Positions 17,811 through 27,642 of a DNA stretch of 64,000 nucleotides are shown piece by piece. Every line of letters begins with the position of its first letter. Positions within the stretch are counted from its first letter, which is position 1. The notes under the pieces were generated by a model that was given only the letters and a program-made list of their open reading frames with translations, was not told where the DNA came from and did no database searches. This DNA comes from Patescibacteria group bacterium. Lineage in GTDB: Bacteria > Patescibacteriota > Patescibacteriia > Buchananbacterales > UBA6539. The translations under genes and the position numbers were made by a program. The stretch lies in NCBI GenBank assembly GCA_041649675.1, contig JBAZMQ010000001.1, positions 64,792-128,791 of the forward strand. Direction: 5' to 3'.

Positions 17811-19724
17811 ATGAAGATTAAAAGACTAAAAATTGAAAATTTCCGATCAATTAAATCCTTGGACATTGAATTGGATGACACTTCGGTTTTTATCGGCGCT
17901 AATAATGCTGGTAAGTCTTCAATACTGGAAGCAGTACGAATTGCTTTATCTCGAAGATGGGGTCAACAAGGGACTGGGTTTACTGAGGATGATATTCATT
18001 TAGTTAACGATAAGATAGATCCTCGGAATGCGCCACCAGTAAAAATTCGTTTTGAGTTTGAAGAAGGATCATCGGGAGAATGGCCTACGGACATGGTGGC
18101 TGAACTTGAACAAATAATGACTCTTACGCCCACAAATTTAAATAAAGTTACGTTTACGATATCTTATATATGGAATCCCGAAAAGGAGTTGTTTGAAACA
18201 ACCTGGCAATTCCTGAATTCATCGGGAGATCCATTCCCGTCGGCTAGTAGATCAGTTAACTTCTCTGGATTTTTTAATTATATAATTTTTCTTTGGGTAG
18301 GTGCTTTACGAGATGCAGATGATGAGTTTACATCACATTCACGTAATTGGGGTGGTCTTTTGAAATCCATTAAAATTCCAAAAGAAATCGAAGAGGAGAT
18401 AAAAAATGATCTCGATGTTCTTGATGAAAAATTACTTCGGGCTGATCCCAAATTTTTGCAGATATCAGAAACCATTGGAAAAGCAACTGAAATTACTATT
18501 GAAAATGGTCCTGGTTCTGCAAAAATTCGTATGCTGCCAATAAATGTTTGGGATATGATTACACGAGCTGGTATAATTCTTAAAAATGAAGACTTGCGCC
18601 CCTGGCTTCCGCTTAATCATCATGGTCAAGGCCTTCAAAGTTTATCAATTATTTTTCTGTGCCATGCTGCAGCGGCTCAAAAACTTGTTGAGAATAATTT
18701 TGGTGCTGAACCCATATACGCAATTGAAGAGCCGGAAGTTCATCTACATCCTCAGGCTGCTCGTACTTTATGGTCCAAGATGACTGAAATTGCTGGGCAA
18801 AAATTAATAACAACTCATTCGCCTTATTTTGTTCAGAACGTGCCACTCCATAGCCTTAGAGTTGTTCGTTTGCAGGATGATTCTACTTCAATTTCATTTT
18901 TACCAAAAAAGATTGAGTCTGATATACCGTGGACAGAAGACGTTGAAAATTTTGTTAAAGGAGCAGGCAGAAATTATTTTAAATTGAATAAGCTAACCAA
19001 CTCAATTGATGCCATTCAAAGTTTTGATGAAAATATTATGAATGATTTAGTACATTGCTGGAAAGTAGATAATGACGACCTAATATCGAATAAAATAAAA
19101 GAATTACGACGTAAGTCTAGCGTACTTGTCTCAGAAGAAGAAGAAAGAAATTTATCTTTTCAAGGAAGACGTATTCGTGGAGAAATATTTTTTGCACGTT
19201 TTTGGGTTTTGGCGGAAGGGGTATCTGAATATTTGTTACTCAAAGCCATTGGTGATGCTTATGAATTTGATTTAGATCAATATGGTGTAGCAATTATTGA
19301 TTTTCAGAATAATGGAAGGCCAGATATCTATGCAGCTTTAGCAGAGGCTTTTAAAATCCCGTGGTTTATGATTACTGACGGCGATGGTGCTGGAGAAGCC
19401 ATGAGAAAGCAACTATCAAAAAGAGGATTTGATGCTAAATATCTTCAAGAACATTCTGATTTTTTGCAATCGCCAAATACTCTTGAGGCTCAGCTACTTG
19501 CTGATGGAAATGGACCTCTACTTAGAAAAATTATTGCAGACACTGGTGATACTAGTGCATTGACATGCTCAGTTGATGATTTTAAAAATAAACTTAGCAA
19601 TAAAAAAACTCCCTGTATGAGTCGTCTCGCTTCATTAGTCTCAAGAGATATAACTCTCGCAAAGAAAATGCCAGAAAAATTTATTTCAATAATTGAAAGA
19701 ATTAAATCTGACCATCAATTATGA
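17811..19724 (+). CDS. OLD-family ATP-dependent nuclease (ABC ATPase + TOPRIM), GajA-like
   Basis: IENFRSI, GANNAGKSS, HGQGLQS, IEEPE.HLHP, TTHSP, AEG.SE and DGD TOPRIM motifs. Confidence 0.92.
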   Translation: MKIKRLKIENFRSIKSLDIELDDTSVFIGANNAGKSSILEAVRIALSRRWGQQGTGFTEDDIHLVNDKIDPRNAPPVKIRFEFEEGSSGEWPTDMVAELEQIMTLTPTNLNKVTFTISYIWNPEKELFETTWQFLNSSGDPFPSASRSVNFSGFFNYIIFLWVGALRDADDEFTSHSRNWGGLLKSIKIPKEIEEEIKNDLDVLDEKLLRADPKFLQISETIGKATEITIENGPGSAKIRMLPINVWDMITRAGIILKNEDLRPWLPLNHHGQGLQSLSIIFLCHAAAAQKLVENNFGAEPIYAIEEPEVHLHPQAARTLWSKMTEIAGQKLITTHSPYFVQNVPLHSLRVVRLQDDSTSISFLPKKIESDIPWTEDVENFVKGAGRNYFKLNKLTNSIDAIQSFDENIMNDLVHCWKVDNDDLISNKIKELRRKSSVLVSEEEERNLSFQGRRIRGEIFFARFWVLAEGVSEYLLLKAIGDAYEFDLDQYGVAIIDFQNNGRPDIYAALAEAFKIPWFMITDGDGAGEAMRKQLSKRGFDAKYLQEHSDFLQSPNTLEAQLLADGNGPLLRKIIADTGDTSALTCSVDDFKNKLSNKKTPCMSRLASLVSRDITLAKKMPEKFISIIERIKSDHQL

Positions 19725-21616
19725 CTTCGAATTTTGATGAATCGTTTATTGAACTTAGTCCAATTCAACGTGATGCCGTTAACTGGGGTGATGGCGCTCT
19801 TTTAGTTCTTGCTGGCCCCGGCGCAGGGAAAACAAGAGTTCTTACTACCCGCATTGCCAAATTAATTTCTGATAATCCTGAACGAAAATTTAAGATCTTA
19901 GCATTAACATTTACCACCAAAGCTGCATCCGAAATGCATGATCGCGTAGAGACGCTAATACCTGGAGTTGTTGATAATAGAACATTTATCGGAACATTCC
20001 ATGCTTATTGCACTCAAATTTTACGGCAGCATGGTTCTCATATCAACATTCATCCTGATTTTAGCATATTTTCCCAAAGAGAAGATCAGGAAGCTCTTCT
20101 GCTTGATGCAATTAATTATTCAATAAAGCAAGGGAAAAAATTCTCAATTGATGACGTAAAATTGCTGGACACAATAAAAATTTTGAAATCTCGTTTAATT
20201 GTTCCTGAGAAAACATTACTAAATATTAACAACCCACATCTCAAGGAGGTATACGAACTATATGAGCAAGCATTGAAGAGTGAAAATGGAATAGATTTTG
20301 AAGGGCTCATCTTGGAAACTTGCAGATTACTCGCAAAGATGCCCGCAATTTCAGCCAGAATAAGACAATCATATCCCTATTGGCTGATTGATGAATTTCA
20401 GGACACCTCACCATCTCAGTATTGGCTCTTACATTATCTTGCCGGCGATCAATTTAAAAATATTTTCGTCGTTGCCGATGACGATCAGATAATTTATCAT
20501 TGGGCAGGTGCTAGTTATAGGCAGATAGAAAAATTTAGGGAAGAATATAAACCAGAGCTTATCCAACTTGTCGAGAATCATCGATGTCCACCTGAAATTG
20601 TTGATATGGCAAATCAATTAGTTGCTTATAATACCCAAAGAACACCTGACAAAAAACCCACAACTCCTGGAAGAGATATTCCTTTAGACGCCGTGCAAGT
20701 GAAAATTTTCGGCAATGATAGGGATGAATATGCGTCAATCTCCAATGCTATTTATTTACAAGGGGAGGGATCCTGGGGAAAGACAATAATTTTAGGCAGG
20801 ACAAAATCATTACTTGAATCTATGATAGAAAGTCTCAAATTAAAAGGTGTAAGGGCGGTGATATCACAAAGGAGAGACAATTTTATCTCACCGCAATTTA
20901 TTTGGTTGCAAGCAATGATTGATCAAATAATCCATCCTACCAATAAACGTATTTTTAATATTTTTGCATATGCGGCCAATAGGGTATGTGGCCTAGAATT
21001 CGACCCAATACTATTAATTGCCGAAGCAGAATCGGTGAGCAAAAATTACATTGAACATTGGTCAGAGATAGTCATGTCGTCCGATAATGATGTGGCAAAA
21101 AAATTGGGATCTTTAATTCAACAGCTCATCCAATCTAGGCAAAGTTGGAAAAAAATAGTCAAGGATGCTATAAGTACCTTACTTGAAACTGGTCGAGTTA
21201 CACAGGATGCCGTCAGTGACGCGGATGATGATTATAGAGCTTGGACCGCATGTTTAAGAGAAATTCAATCTGAAATTGGTCAAGACTTAGATCTTTCAGA
21301 TGTTGTTCAGGGAATAGCTCTCCGTTCAAAAGAACCTCCAATTGTACCTAATACGGTGACGCTCATGACAATACATGCAGCCAAAGGGCTTGAATTTGAA
21401 ATTGTGTATATCATCGGACTCGCAGAAGGAGAAATGCCATCCTGGCAAAGTTGTAAAAAGGGAGATACCTCACCTGAAATGGAGGAGGAGCGTAGAAATT
21501 GTTTTGTTGCAATTACCCGGACACAAGAAAAACTTGTGTTATCTTCTTCTGGGGTTTATAGGGGATTTGAAAAAAAATCATCCCGTTTTTTAAAAGAGAT
21601 GAAATTAATCTCATAG
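19721..21616 (+). CDS. UvrD/PcrA SF1 helicase, GajB-like
   Basis: AGPGAGKT, LTFT.KAA.EM, DEFQD, DDDQ.IY, TIH.AKGLEF, EERR..FVAITR; ATGA overlap with the OLD gene. Confidence 0.93.
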   Translation: MTSNFDESFIELSPIQRDAVNWGDGALLVLAGPGAGKTRVLTTRIAKLISDNPERKFKILALTFTTKAASEMHDRVETLIPGVVDNRTFIGTFHAYCTQILRQHGSHINIHPDFSIFSQREDQEALLLDAINYSIKQGKKFSIDDVKLLDTIKILKSRLIVPEKTLLNINNPHLKEVYELYEQALKSENGIDFEGLILETCRLLAKMPAISARIRQSYPYWLIDEFQDTSPSQYWLLHYLAGDQFKNIFVVADDDQIIYHWAGASYRQIEKFREEYKPELIQLVENHRCPPEIVDMANQLVAYNTQRTPDKKPTTPGRDIPLDAVQVKIFGNDRDEYASISNAIYLQGEGSWGKTIILGRTKSLLESMIESLKLKGVRAVISQRRDNFISPQFIWLQAMIDQIIHPTNKRIFNIFAYAANRVCGLEFDPILLIAEAESVSKNYIEHWSEIVMSSDNDVAKKLGSLIQQLIQSRQSWKKIVKDAISTLLETGRVTQDAVSDADDDYRAWTACLREIQSEIGQDLDLSDVVQGIALRSKEPPIVPNTVTLMTIHAAKGLEFEIVYIIGLAEGEMPSWQSCKKGDTSPEMEEERRNCFVAITRTQEKLVLSSSGVYRGFEKKSSRFLKEMKLIS

Positions 21617-21941
21617 ATAATAATGATTTATTGTAAAAATTAAAATTTCGGCCAATTAACAAATGATTTATAAGGTTCAATTTATAAGTTTGCCACTCAT
21701 TACGACAAGCTCTACTTTAGTGATTGTGAGGTAGAGGCACGCTTTCTCCTTAGTTTACTCCAACCGAGGAGTAAACTGACCTACACATAAGAGTAGGAAT
21801 TTAAAGTATATTAGTATTTTTTTCTTAATTTACCAATCGCAATTTATAGGTCGCTTACCAGGCGATTTTTTAGTTTAATAAAAAAATCCCTGCAGTCTTG
21901 TTTGGTACAAATCTGTAGGGAAAATATAATCAAAGGAACGG

Positions 21942-24218
21942 CTAGTTGACTGCCGGCGGTTTAATGAAGAACTGCTGGCCGATCGGGTCACGGCTATTTC
22001 CTAGGAAATAGGTTTTGACAAACGACAGTTCTTTGGTGTCACTGTCATAGCGCAAGACTTCTATTCCCTGGTGATCGAGGCTGCCATTATTGTAGTTGTA
22101 GGCGCTGCGAGCATAGACCAGACCGTCAGGTCCGACCTTGACGTAGTAGGCGCCGTACTGGGCATAACGGCTGACAACCGCATTGTCGGCAAAGCTATAG
22201 ACGGCAATTTCACCTTTACCATAGTAGGGATTGCCACCAGCTCCAATAAAGGCAAGGCTGCTGTCTGGCAAGAAATCAACTGCACCGGCAAAATCACCTA
22301 GGCCGGAGTAACCGAACTGGTGTTGGAAATTATGCAGGTCATAGACGCTGACCGAACCCCGTGCAGAGGAGTAGCTGGTTTGGAAGAAATAGTTGCCTAA
22401 CGGGTCAGTCAGGGCGAGGTGATGTCCATAGCTAACCGGCATAACCGAGGCATTCAGCGTATCCGTGGATAGATCCACCAGATTCCAGCTACCGTTTTCC
22501 ACTTGAGATAGTGTGCCATTATTCAAGCGGACGGTGTTGTAGCCGCCATCCACGTTAATAGGGAAGTTGCTATCCACAAGTGTTCGGGTCGTAATGTCGT
22601 ACTTGTTGTTTTCTAAGTAGCAGAACCGACTATCGGCCGAAAACAACGGCAGGTAATACGAGGTAGTCTCGTCTGATGCATAATACAAATCATTAGTGCT
22701 GATGGATGCGGGGAAAGGCAGAGGATCGCCGTTTAGCGTGTGATCCGAAGTCTGATAGACATTCCCTTTGACGTCAACAACATATTGCCCGTCAGGTGTT
22801 CCGGCTAGCATTATCACTTCGGGCAAAGCACCCCAGATCACGCTCTTAGTTAGATTAACCACCAGTGTGGCCGACAGGTCCTCGGTGGGCATATAAAGCA
22901 GCTCATCTTGGGTTGTGGTTAAACTTTGATCACAGGTGATTTTGTAAGTGATTGAATTACCCACCTTGTTGCCGGAATCATCTTGCCCTTGCAAAACGAA
23001 CTCATTGGTTCCGGGTTGTAGGGTGGCTAAGTAGAGAATCTTGCCGTAGAGGTCGGTTTTATCAGTAGGGATGACTTGGTCGCCAATTTGTACTTGGGTA
23101 ACCCGCCAGTCAAATACGGTTGTCAAGGGATAGCTGGTCAGATTGGTCGTCACCTTGATTTCGTCGGGCCAATCGGGTGGAGTTGGCTGAAAAGCAAACC
23201 CCGAAATCAGAACTGCCTGGGTCGCACCATTGCTTGGCGGCTTACCTTCAAACTGCCACAAGTTCAAGTGGACTCTTTCCTCGCCGGGCGTTGGCACAAG
23301 CGGACCTTCATATGACCATTTTTTAATCAAGGTGTCGGGATCTGTGGGCGGACTATCAAGATATTTACCTTGATAAGTGCGCATTTCCACTTTGCCCGGA
23401 CTCCAGATCAGGTAAGTGGTGATGTCGGCGTTTATGTCCTGGTGGAACCGATTACAGTTATCCATACCTACGAGACATTGGCCACAGGGTGGAACGGCGT
23501 ATTGGCAGTTGTTTTCGTCTGCGGCGTTGCCAAACTGACTGAATTCAAAGAAATCAATTTCCCGGTTGTTTGGGTCGGTGTCAGTATCATCCCACAGGAA
23601 AATACCGAAAACCAAATAAGAATCAGACGCCAGGGCGGGGTAGTGTTTCTTAAGTTGAACAATATACACGCCGTAGCCAAACGATTGGTCAAGAATTACT
23701 TCACTTGACTGCCATTTGCCGTCCTGTTCTTTGACTGCCAAATGAAGAACGCCGCTATCATCAACCCAGGCATTCTTTGGACTATACGAATTTGGTCCAG
23801 GACCAACCGGCGAAGGGTAACACTTTTTGGTCCACGGCAATCCGGAAAAATCAAACGCTAGGTTTTCGCTTTCGCATTCGTCTTCGCCCTCGCCTTCACC
23901 GCTTGGGATAACCATCAGCGTGGCTACGTTAGAATAGACACAGCCGGCTGAATTTTTGGCAAATGCCCGGTATTGTCCCGCATCATTTTCAGTGACAACG
24001 GGAAGTGATAGAATTTCTCCACCGGCATCGGCAACTATGATGTCATCTTTCAACCAGCCGATTGTTTCGGCGTTTTCAACTCCGACGCTAAACTGAACAT
24101 TCGCGCCGACGCTGACCGTCTGTGATACTGGCTGCTCGATGATTTTTGGCAGTTGAGGACAACCGGCCAAAAGTATCATTGCCGCTACAATCACAATCAC
24201 ATTCCATTTGCTTTTCAT
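21942..24218 (-). CDS. Lipoprotein: Ig-like domain + GH16 glycoside hydrolase + beta-propeller-like C-terminus
   Basis: LLAGC lipobox, I-set Ig (DAGQY), EIDFFE (ExDxxE) catalytic motif, HLNLW; AAGGAG SD. Confidence 0.8.
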   Translation of the reverse strand: MKSKWNVIVIVAAMILLAGCPQLPKIIEQPVSQTVSVGANVQFSVGVENAETIGWLKDDIIVADAGGEILSLPVVTENDAGQYRAFAKNSAGCVYSNVATLMVIPSGEGEGEDECESENLAFDFSGLPWTKKCYPSPVGPGPNSYSPKNAWVDDSGVLHLAVKEQDGKWQSSEVILDQSFGYGVYIVQLKKHYPALASDSYLVFGIFLWDDTDTDPNNREIDFFEFSQFGNAADENNCQYAVPPCGQCLVGMDNCNRFHQDINADITTYLIWSPGKVEMRTYQGKYLDSPPTDPDTLIKKWSYEGPLVPTPGEERVHLNLWQFEGKPPSNGATQAVLISGFAFQPTPPDWPDEIKVTTNLTSYPLTTVFDWRVTQVQIGDQVIPTDKTDLYGKILYLATLQPGTNEFVLQGQDDSGNKVGNSITYKITCDQSLTTTQDELLYMPTEDLSATLVVNLTKSVIWGALPEVIMLAGTPDGQYVVDVKGNVYQTSDHTLNGDPLPFPASISTNDLYYASDETTSYYLPLFSADSRFCYLENNKYDITTRTLVDSNFPINVDGGYNTVRLNNGTLSQVENGSWNLVDLSTDTLNASVMPVSYGHHLALTDPLGNYFFQTSYSSARGSVSVYDLHNFQHQFGYSGLGDFAGAVDFLPDSSLAFIGAGGNPYYGKGEIAVYSFADNAVVSRYAQYGAYYVKVGPDGLVYARSAYNYNNGSLDHQGIEVLRYDSDTKELSFVKTYFLGNSRDPIGQQFFIKPPAVN

Positions 24219-24310
24219 GACTCAACTCCTTGTTTTTGAGATCCTATTACAACCAAACCATCAGTCTAAGCCCAGTGCCTAGCTGATGTTTTAATTTTCT
24301 ATGAAAGGTA

Positions 24311-24371
24311 GCTAATTTTCAAAGAGCCACCTCCAATAATTTAGCTTATTCTTACGGCTAAAATCTGTCAA
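24311..24371 (-). promoter_or_regulatory. Sigma70 promoter (TTGACA-17-TAAGCT) followed by boxA-like GCTCTTTGAAAATTAG
   Basis: -35 at 24371-24366, -10 at 24348-24343, motif within 24330-24311. Confidence 0.7.
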
Positions 24372-24695
24372 ATTACAAAATTCATGACATAATTATTCTA
24401 AAAATCAGGAGGTTTAAATAATCTAGAGGATATAGGTGCCAGCACCATTATTAGTATTATGATTAGAATCAGAAAAATCCCAGCTTATCTGGGGATTTTT
24501 TATTAAAATTTTATTGTGGTTTTTGTTTTTTTAAAGAAAATGTTATAATATGAAAAATAATGTAATAAATGACCGTGAAACAAACACCTTGCTCAATTTT
24601 TATAAAGACTACTGGTTTAGTTTTTTTTATTTTTACTTATTGCTAGCAATCATCCAATAGCAGCTCAGGCGACTGGCGGGGTATAATAATAGCAT

Positions 24696-25454
24696 ATGAC
24701 ATACGCTAAAAAAGTTTTGCCAATAATTAGATCAGCGGGCAAAGAATTATTGAAATATTACGGTAAGATTAAAATTTCTAGACAAAAAGGGAAATTAGCT
24801 CATACGGTTGTCACCAAGCTTGATTTAAAAACGGAAAAGTATCTTGCCGCCAACTTGCACAAAATTTATCCGACCATTGATTTTTTTGGTGAAGAATTTG
24901 GCGGGAAAAAGAAGGCTAAAAGATTTTGGGTTGTTGATCCAATTGATGGCACAGCGCATTTTATACGCGGTGTTCCTTTTTGTACTACCATGATTGCCCT
25001 TATTGATTCGGGCAAAGTAATTTTTTCTATAATCAATAATTTTGTGACCGGTGAAATTTTTTGGGCTGAAGTTGGCGAAGGCGCTAAGCTAAACAACAAG
25101 CCAATTCATGTAAGTAGCCGTCAATTGGTTGATGGCTATTTGACCTATGAAATAAACCTTGATAAAAAAGAAAATCTTGATTTATTTCTTGATTTGAAGA
25201 AAAAAACCATGCTTTTTAAAACGGTTACTTGCGGTTATGAGTTTGGTTTGATTGCTAGTGGTAAAATTGAAGGCCGCATTGCCTTGGATCCATATGGTGA
25301 TGATTGGGACTATGCGGCTGGGTCATTGCTGGTAAGCGAAGCCGGTGGCCAAGTAGTCAATATTGGTAAAAATTCTTATAGCTACACAGACCATAATTTT
25401 ATCATGGGTAACCCCACTGTCTGTAAAGAGATAAAAAAACTTTATCATATTTAA
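24696..25454 (+). CDS. Inositol monophosphatase family (SuhB/HisN-like)
   Basis: VT..D, GEE, WVVDPIDGT.HF, WD.AAG.LLV.EAGG. Confidence 0.92.
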   Translation: MTYAKKVLPIIRSAGKELLKYYGKIKISRQKGKLAHTVVTKLDLKTEKYLAANLHKIYPTIDFFGEEFGGKKKAKRFWVVDPIDGTAHFIRGVPFCTTMIALIDSGKVIFSIINNFVTGEIFWAEVGEGAKLNNKPIHVSSRQLVDGYLTYEINLDKKENLDLFLDLKKKTMLFKTVTCGYEFGLIASGKIEGRIALDPYGDDWDYAAGSLLVSEAGGQVVNIGKNSYSYTDHNFIMGNPTVCKEIKKLYHI

Positions 25455-25537
25455 TTGTAACTTTTAGTTTGCCACTCATTGCCACAAAGTTCTACCATCA
25501 AATAATCTAAACATTGAATATTAAGTAAGCAATTCTA

Positions 25538-25720
25538 GTGCCAATTTACATTGATAAAAATAAATGTCCGCAAAATCATGCTTGTCCGGCCATAAAGGTA
25601 TGCCCGGAAAAAGCTTTGTCGCAAAAAGGTTTTAACGCACCCCAAGTTGATAGGGAAAAATGCCGGGAGTGCGGAATTTGTTCAAATCTTTGTCCCAAGG
25701 GCGCTTTGCAGCTTCGGTGA
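25538..25720 (+). CDS. 4Fe-4S ferredoxin-like protein
   Basis: CPQNH.C....CP and C..CG.C...CP..A motifs; GTG start. Confidence 0.85.
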   Translation: MPIYIDKNKCPQNHACPAIKVCPEKALSQKGFNAPQVDREKCRECGICSNLCPKGALQLR

Positions 25721-25796
25721 TTAGCGCATTAAAAAGGTATTACAATTTTGTCGTTTGAATCGCCTAAGCGGCGGTTTTTTGGTATACTAAAATCAT

Positions 25797-26879
25797 ATGA
25801 AAATTATTACTAACCCCATTGAATTGGCAAAAAAATTAGTCAGTATTAAATCAGAAAGCGGCAATGAAGAGGCGGTGACCAAGTTTATATTTAATTATTT
25901 AGCAAGCATTGGTTTAAAACCTAAATTGCAAAAAATTGAAAAGAATAGAAACAATGTTTTTGTAGTCGGCCAGGGACCAGTGCTATTTAATTGCCATATT
26001 GATACCATTCCAATTGGCCAAAAAACTAGCTGGCAGCATAACCCGCTGGGCGAAATTAAGACGGGTAAATTATTTGGCCGCGGTAGCTGCGACACAAAAG
26101 GTAATGCGGCTTGTATTTTGTCAGCCTTAGCAAAAAATCCGAGCCGAAATGTAAGTTGCTCGTTTACAGTGGGCGAAGAAAATACCATGGTTGGCGTTAG
26201 GCAATTAATGAAATTAAGAAGAACTAACTTAAAGCAGATTAAATATTGCGTTAACCTTGAGCCAACCGAATTAAAAATTATCAGCGCACACAAGGGCAGG
26301 ATGTTTTTTACGGTTTTAGCCAGCGGAAAAGCAGCACACGGTTCCGTACCCAGCCAGGGTGATAATGCCATTGTAAAATTAGCCAATGTTACTTTATCAA
26401 TAAATAAATTTGCTACCAGCTTGAAAAAAATAAAACATCCAATTCTGGGAAATCCAACTTTGAATATCGGAGTAATTAAAGGGGGAGTAATGGCTAATAT
26501 TGTACCGGACAAAGCGGAAATTGAAGTTGATGTTAGAATTTTACCGAATCAAGGAATTAAGCAATTTATTGCCAATTTTACTAAGGCCGCCAAACCAGCC
26601 AAGGTAGAATTAATTTCTTATCTTGATCCCGTGGAATTAAAAATCAATTCCGATATTATTGAAAAGATGAAATTAATCCTTAAAGAATTAGGCTTAGAAT
26701 CTAAGTCGCAGGGGATATTTTATACCACTGAATTCAGTGAACTAAAAAAACATAATATTCAAGGTCTGATTTTTGGCGCCGGCAGTATTAATCAAGCCCA
26801 TATGATTGATGAATATGTCAAAATTAAGGAATTGCAACTCTGCCATCAGGCGCTGGGTAAACTAATTAAAATTGTTTAA
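25797..26879 (+). CDS. M20 metallopeptidase, ArgE/DapE family
   Basis: HIDT, GRGSCDTKG, GEE, EPT, HGS.P..G.NAI, AH..DE. Confidence 0.9.
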   Translation: MKIITNPIELAKKLVSIKSESGNEEAVTKFIFNYLASIGLKPKLQKIEKNRNNVFVVGQGPVLFNCHIDTIPIGQKTSWQHNPLGEIKTGKLFGRGSCDTKGNAACILSALAKNPSRNVSCSFTVGEENTMVGVRQLMKLRRTNLKQIKYCVNLEPTELKIISAHKGRMFFTVLASGKAAHGSVPSQGDNAIVKLANVTLSINKFATSLKKIKHPILGNPTLNIGVIKGGVMANIVPDKAEIEVDVRILPNQGIKQFIANFTKAAKPAKVELISYLDPVELKINSDIIEKMKLILKELGLESKSQGIFYTTEFSELKKHNIQGLIFGAGSINQAHMIDEYVKIKELQLCHQALGKLIKIV

Positions 26880-26906
26880 CATTTCACTTAGATTTATTAA
26901 ATAATT

Positions 26907-27545
26907 ATGGCGGCCAAAGAACTAATTCAAAAATTACTTGACTTGCAAAGCGCTTACGCCAGTACTTATCGCAGCGCTGCCACGGCCGAAAGAATGAAGC
27001 ACGTTTTGTCTCACTTCAAAGACGTTGATTTTTTGGCAGAAAAAAATCGTGAGCCATTGATTGAACATGTTGGTCATTTGCCAATAATTGCCAGTTTTCT
27101 TTATCCGTATATTGAACACAAAAAAGAAATCAATCTCGGCCGGGTATTAATTATGTTGGCGATTCACGATATTGGCGAAACAGTAACTGGGGATATTCTT
27201 ACGTTTAAAAAAGAAAAAGCGCATAATTTGAAAGAAAGCAAGGTGGCCAAAAAAATACTGCCAAAAGAGTATCTGCCTTACTATGAAGAATTTGAGTTAA
27301 GAGAAAGTTTTGACGCCAAATTTGCCAAAGCGATTGATGCCCTGGCGCCGGATTTGCACGAACTGTCAATTCCTAAAGTTTCCAAAGCCAGATTTAAAGC
27401 CCTGGGTTTTAACAGTGAAATAATTGAAAAAAAGAAAACCATATATTTTGTCTGGGATAAAACTTTAGCTGAAATTTTTAAAGTGATAATTAAGGCGCAT
27501 CAAAATATTGAGCTTGGTAAACCGACTGGATTTAAAACAAATTAA
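26907..27545 (+). CDS. HD-domain phosphohydrolase (HD_3/YfbR-like)
   Basis: E...EH, IHDIGE..TGDI, AKAID. Confidence 0.85.
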   Translation: MAAKELIQKLLDLQSAYASTYRSAATAERMKHVLSHFKDVDFLAEKNREPLIEHVGHLPIIASFLYPYIEHKKEINLGRVLIMLAIHDIGETVTGDILTFKKEKAHNLKESKVAKKILPKEYLPYYEEFELRESFDAKFAKAIDALAPDLHELSIPKVSKARFKALGFNSEIIEKKKTIYFVWDKTLAEIFKVIIKAHQNIELGKPTGFKTN

Positions 27546-27642
27546 TTTATTAGTCATTTTGAGTTTAAAAAAACTCCAATTTATTAATTTCCAATTTATT
27601 GGAGGGTTTTTAATAAAAATAAGTGGAAGTTTTTTGTTCCAC

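Larger units (their letters stand above)
12207..21697. mobile_element. Integrative element / defence island downstream of tRNA-Glu (serine recombinase, AAA_25 helicase, Abi_C HEPN, Gabija-like pair)
   Basis: 11-bp direct repeat AGTTTGCCACT at 12207-12217 and 21687-21697; recombinase, replication-type and defence cargo. Confidence 0.75.

Noticed and set aside
21687-25490. Extra CIRCE sites (CACTCATT resembles the CIRCE left arm and spacer start)
   Set aside because: The GAGTGCTAA right arm is absent at these positions.
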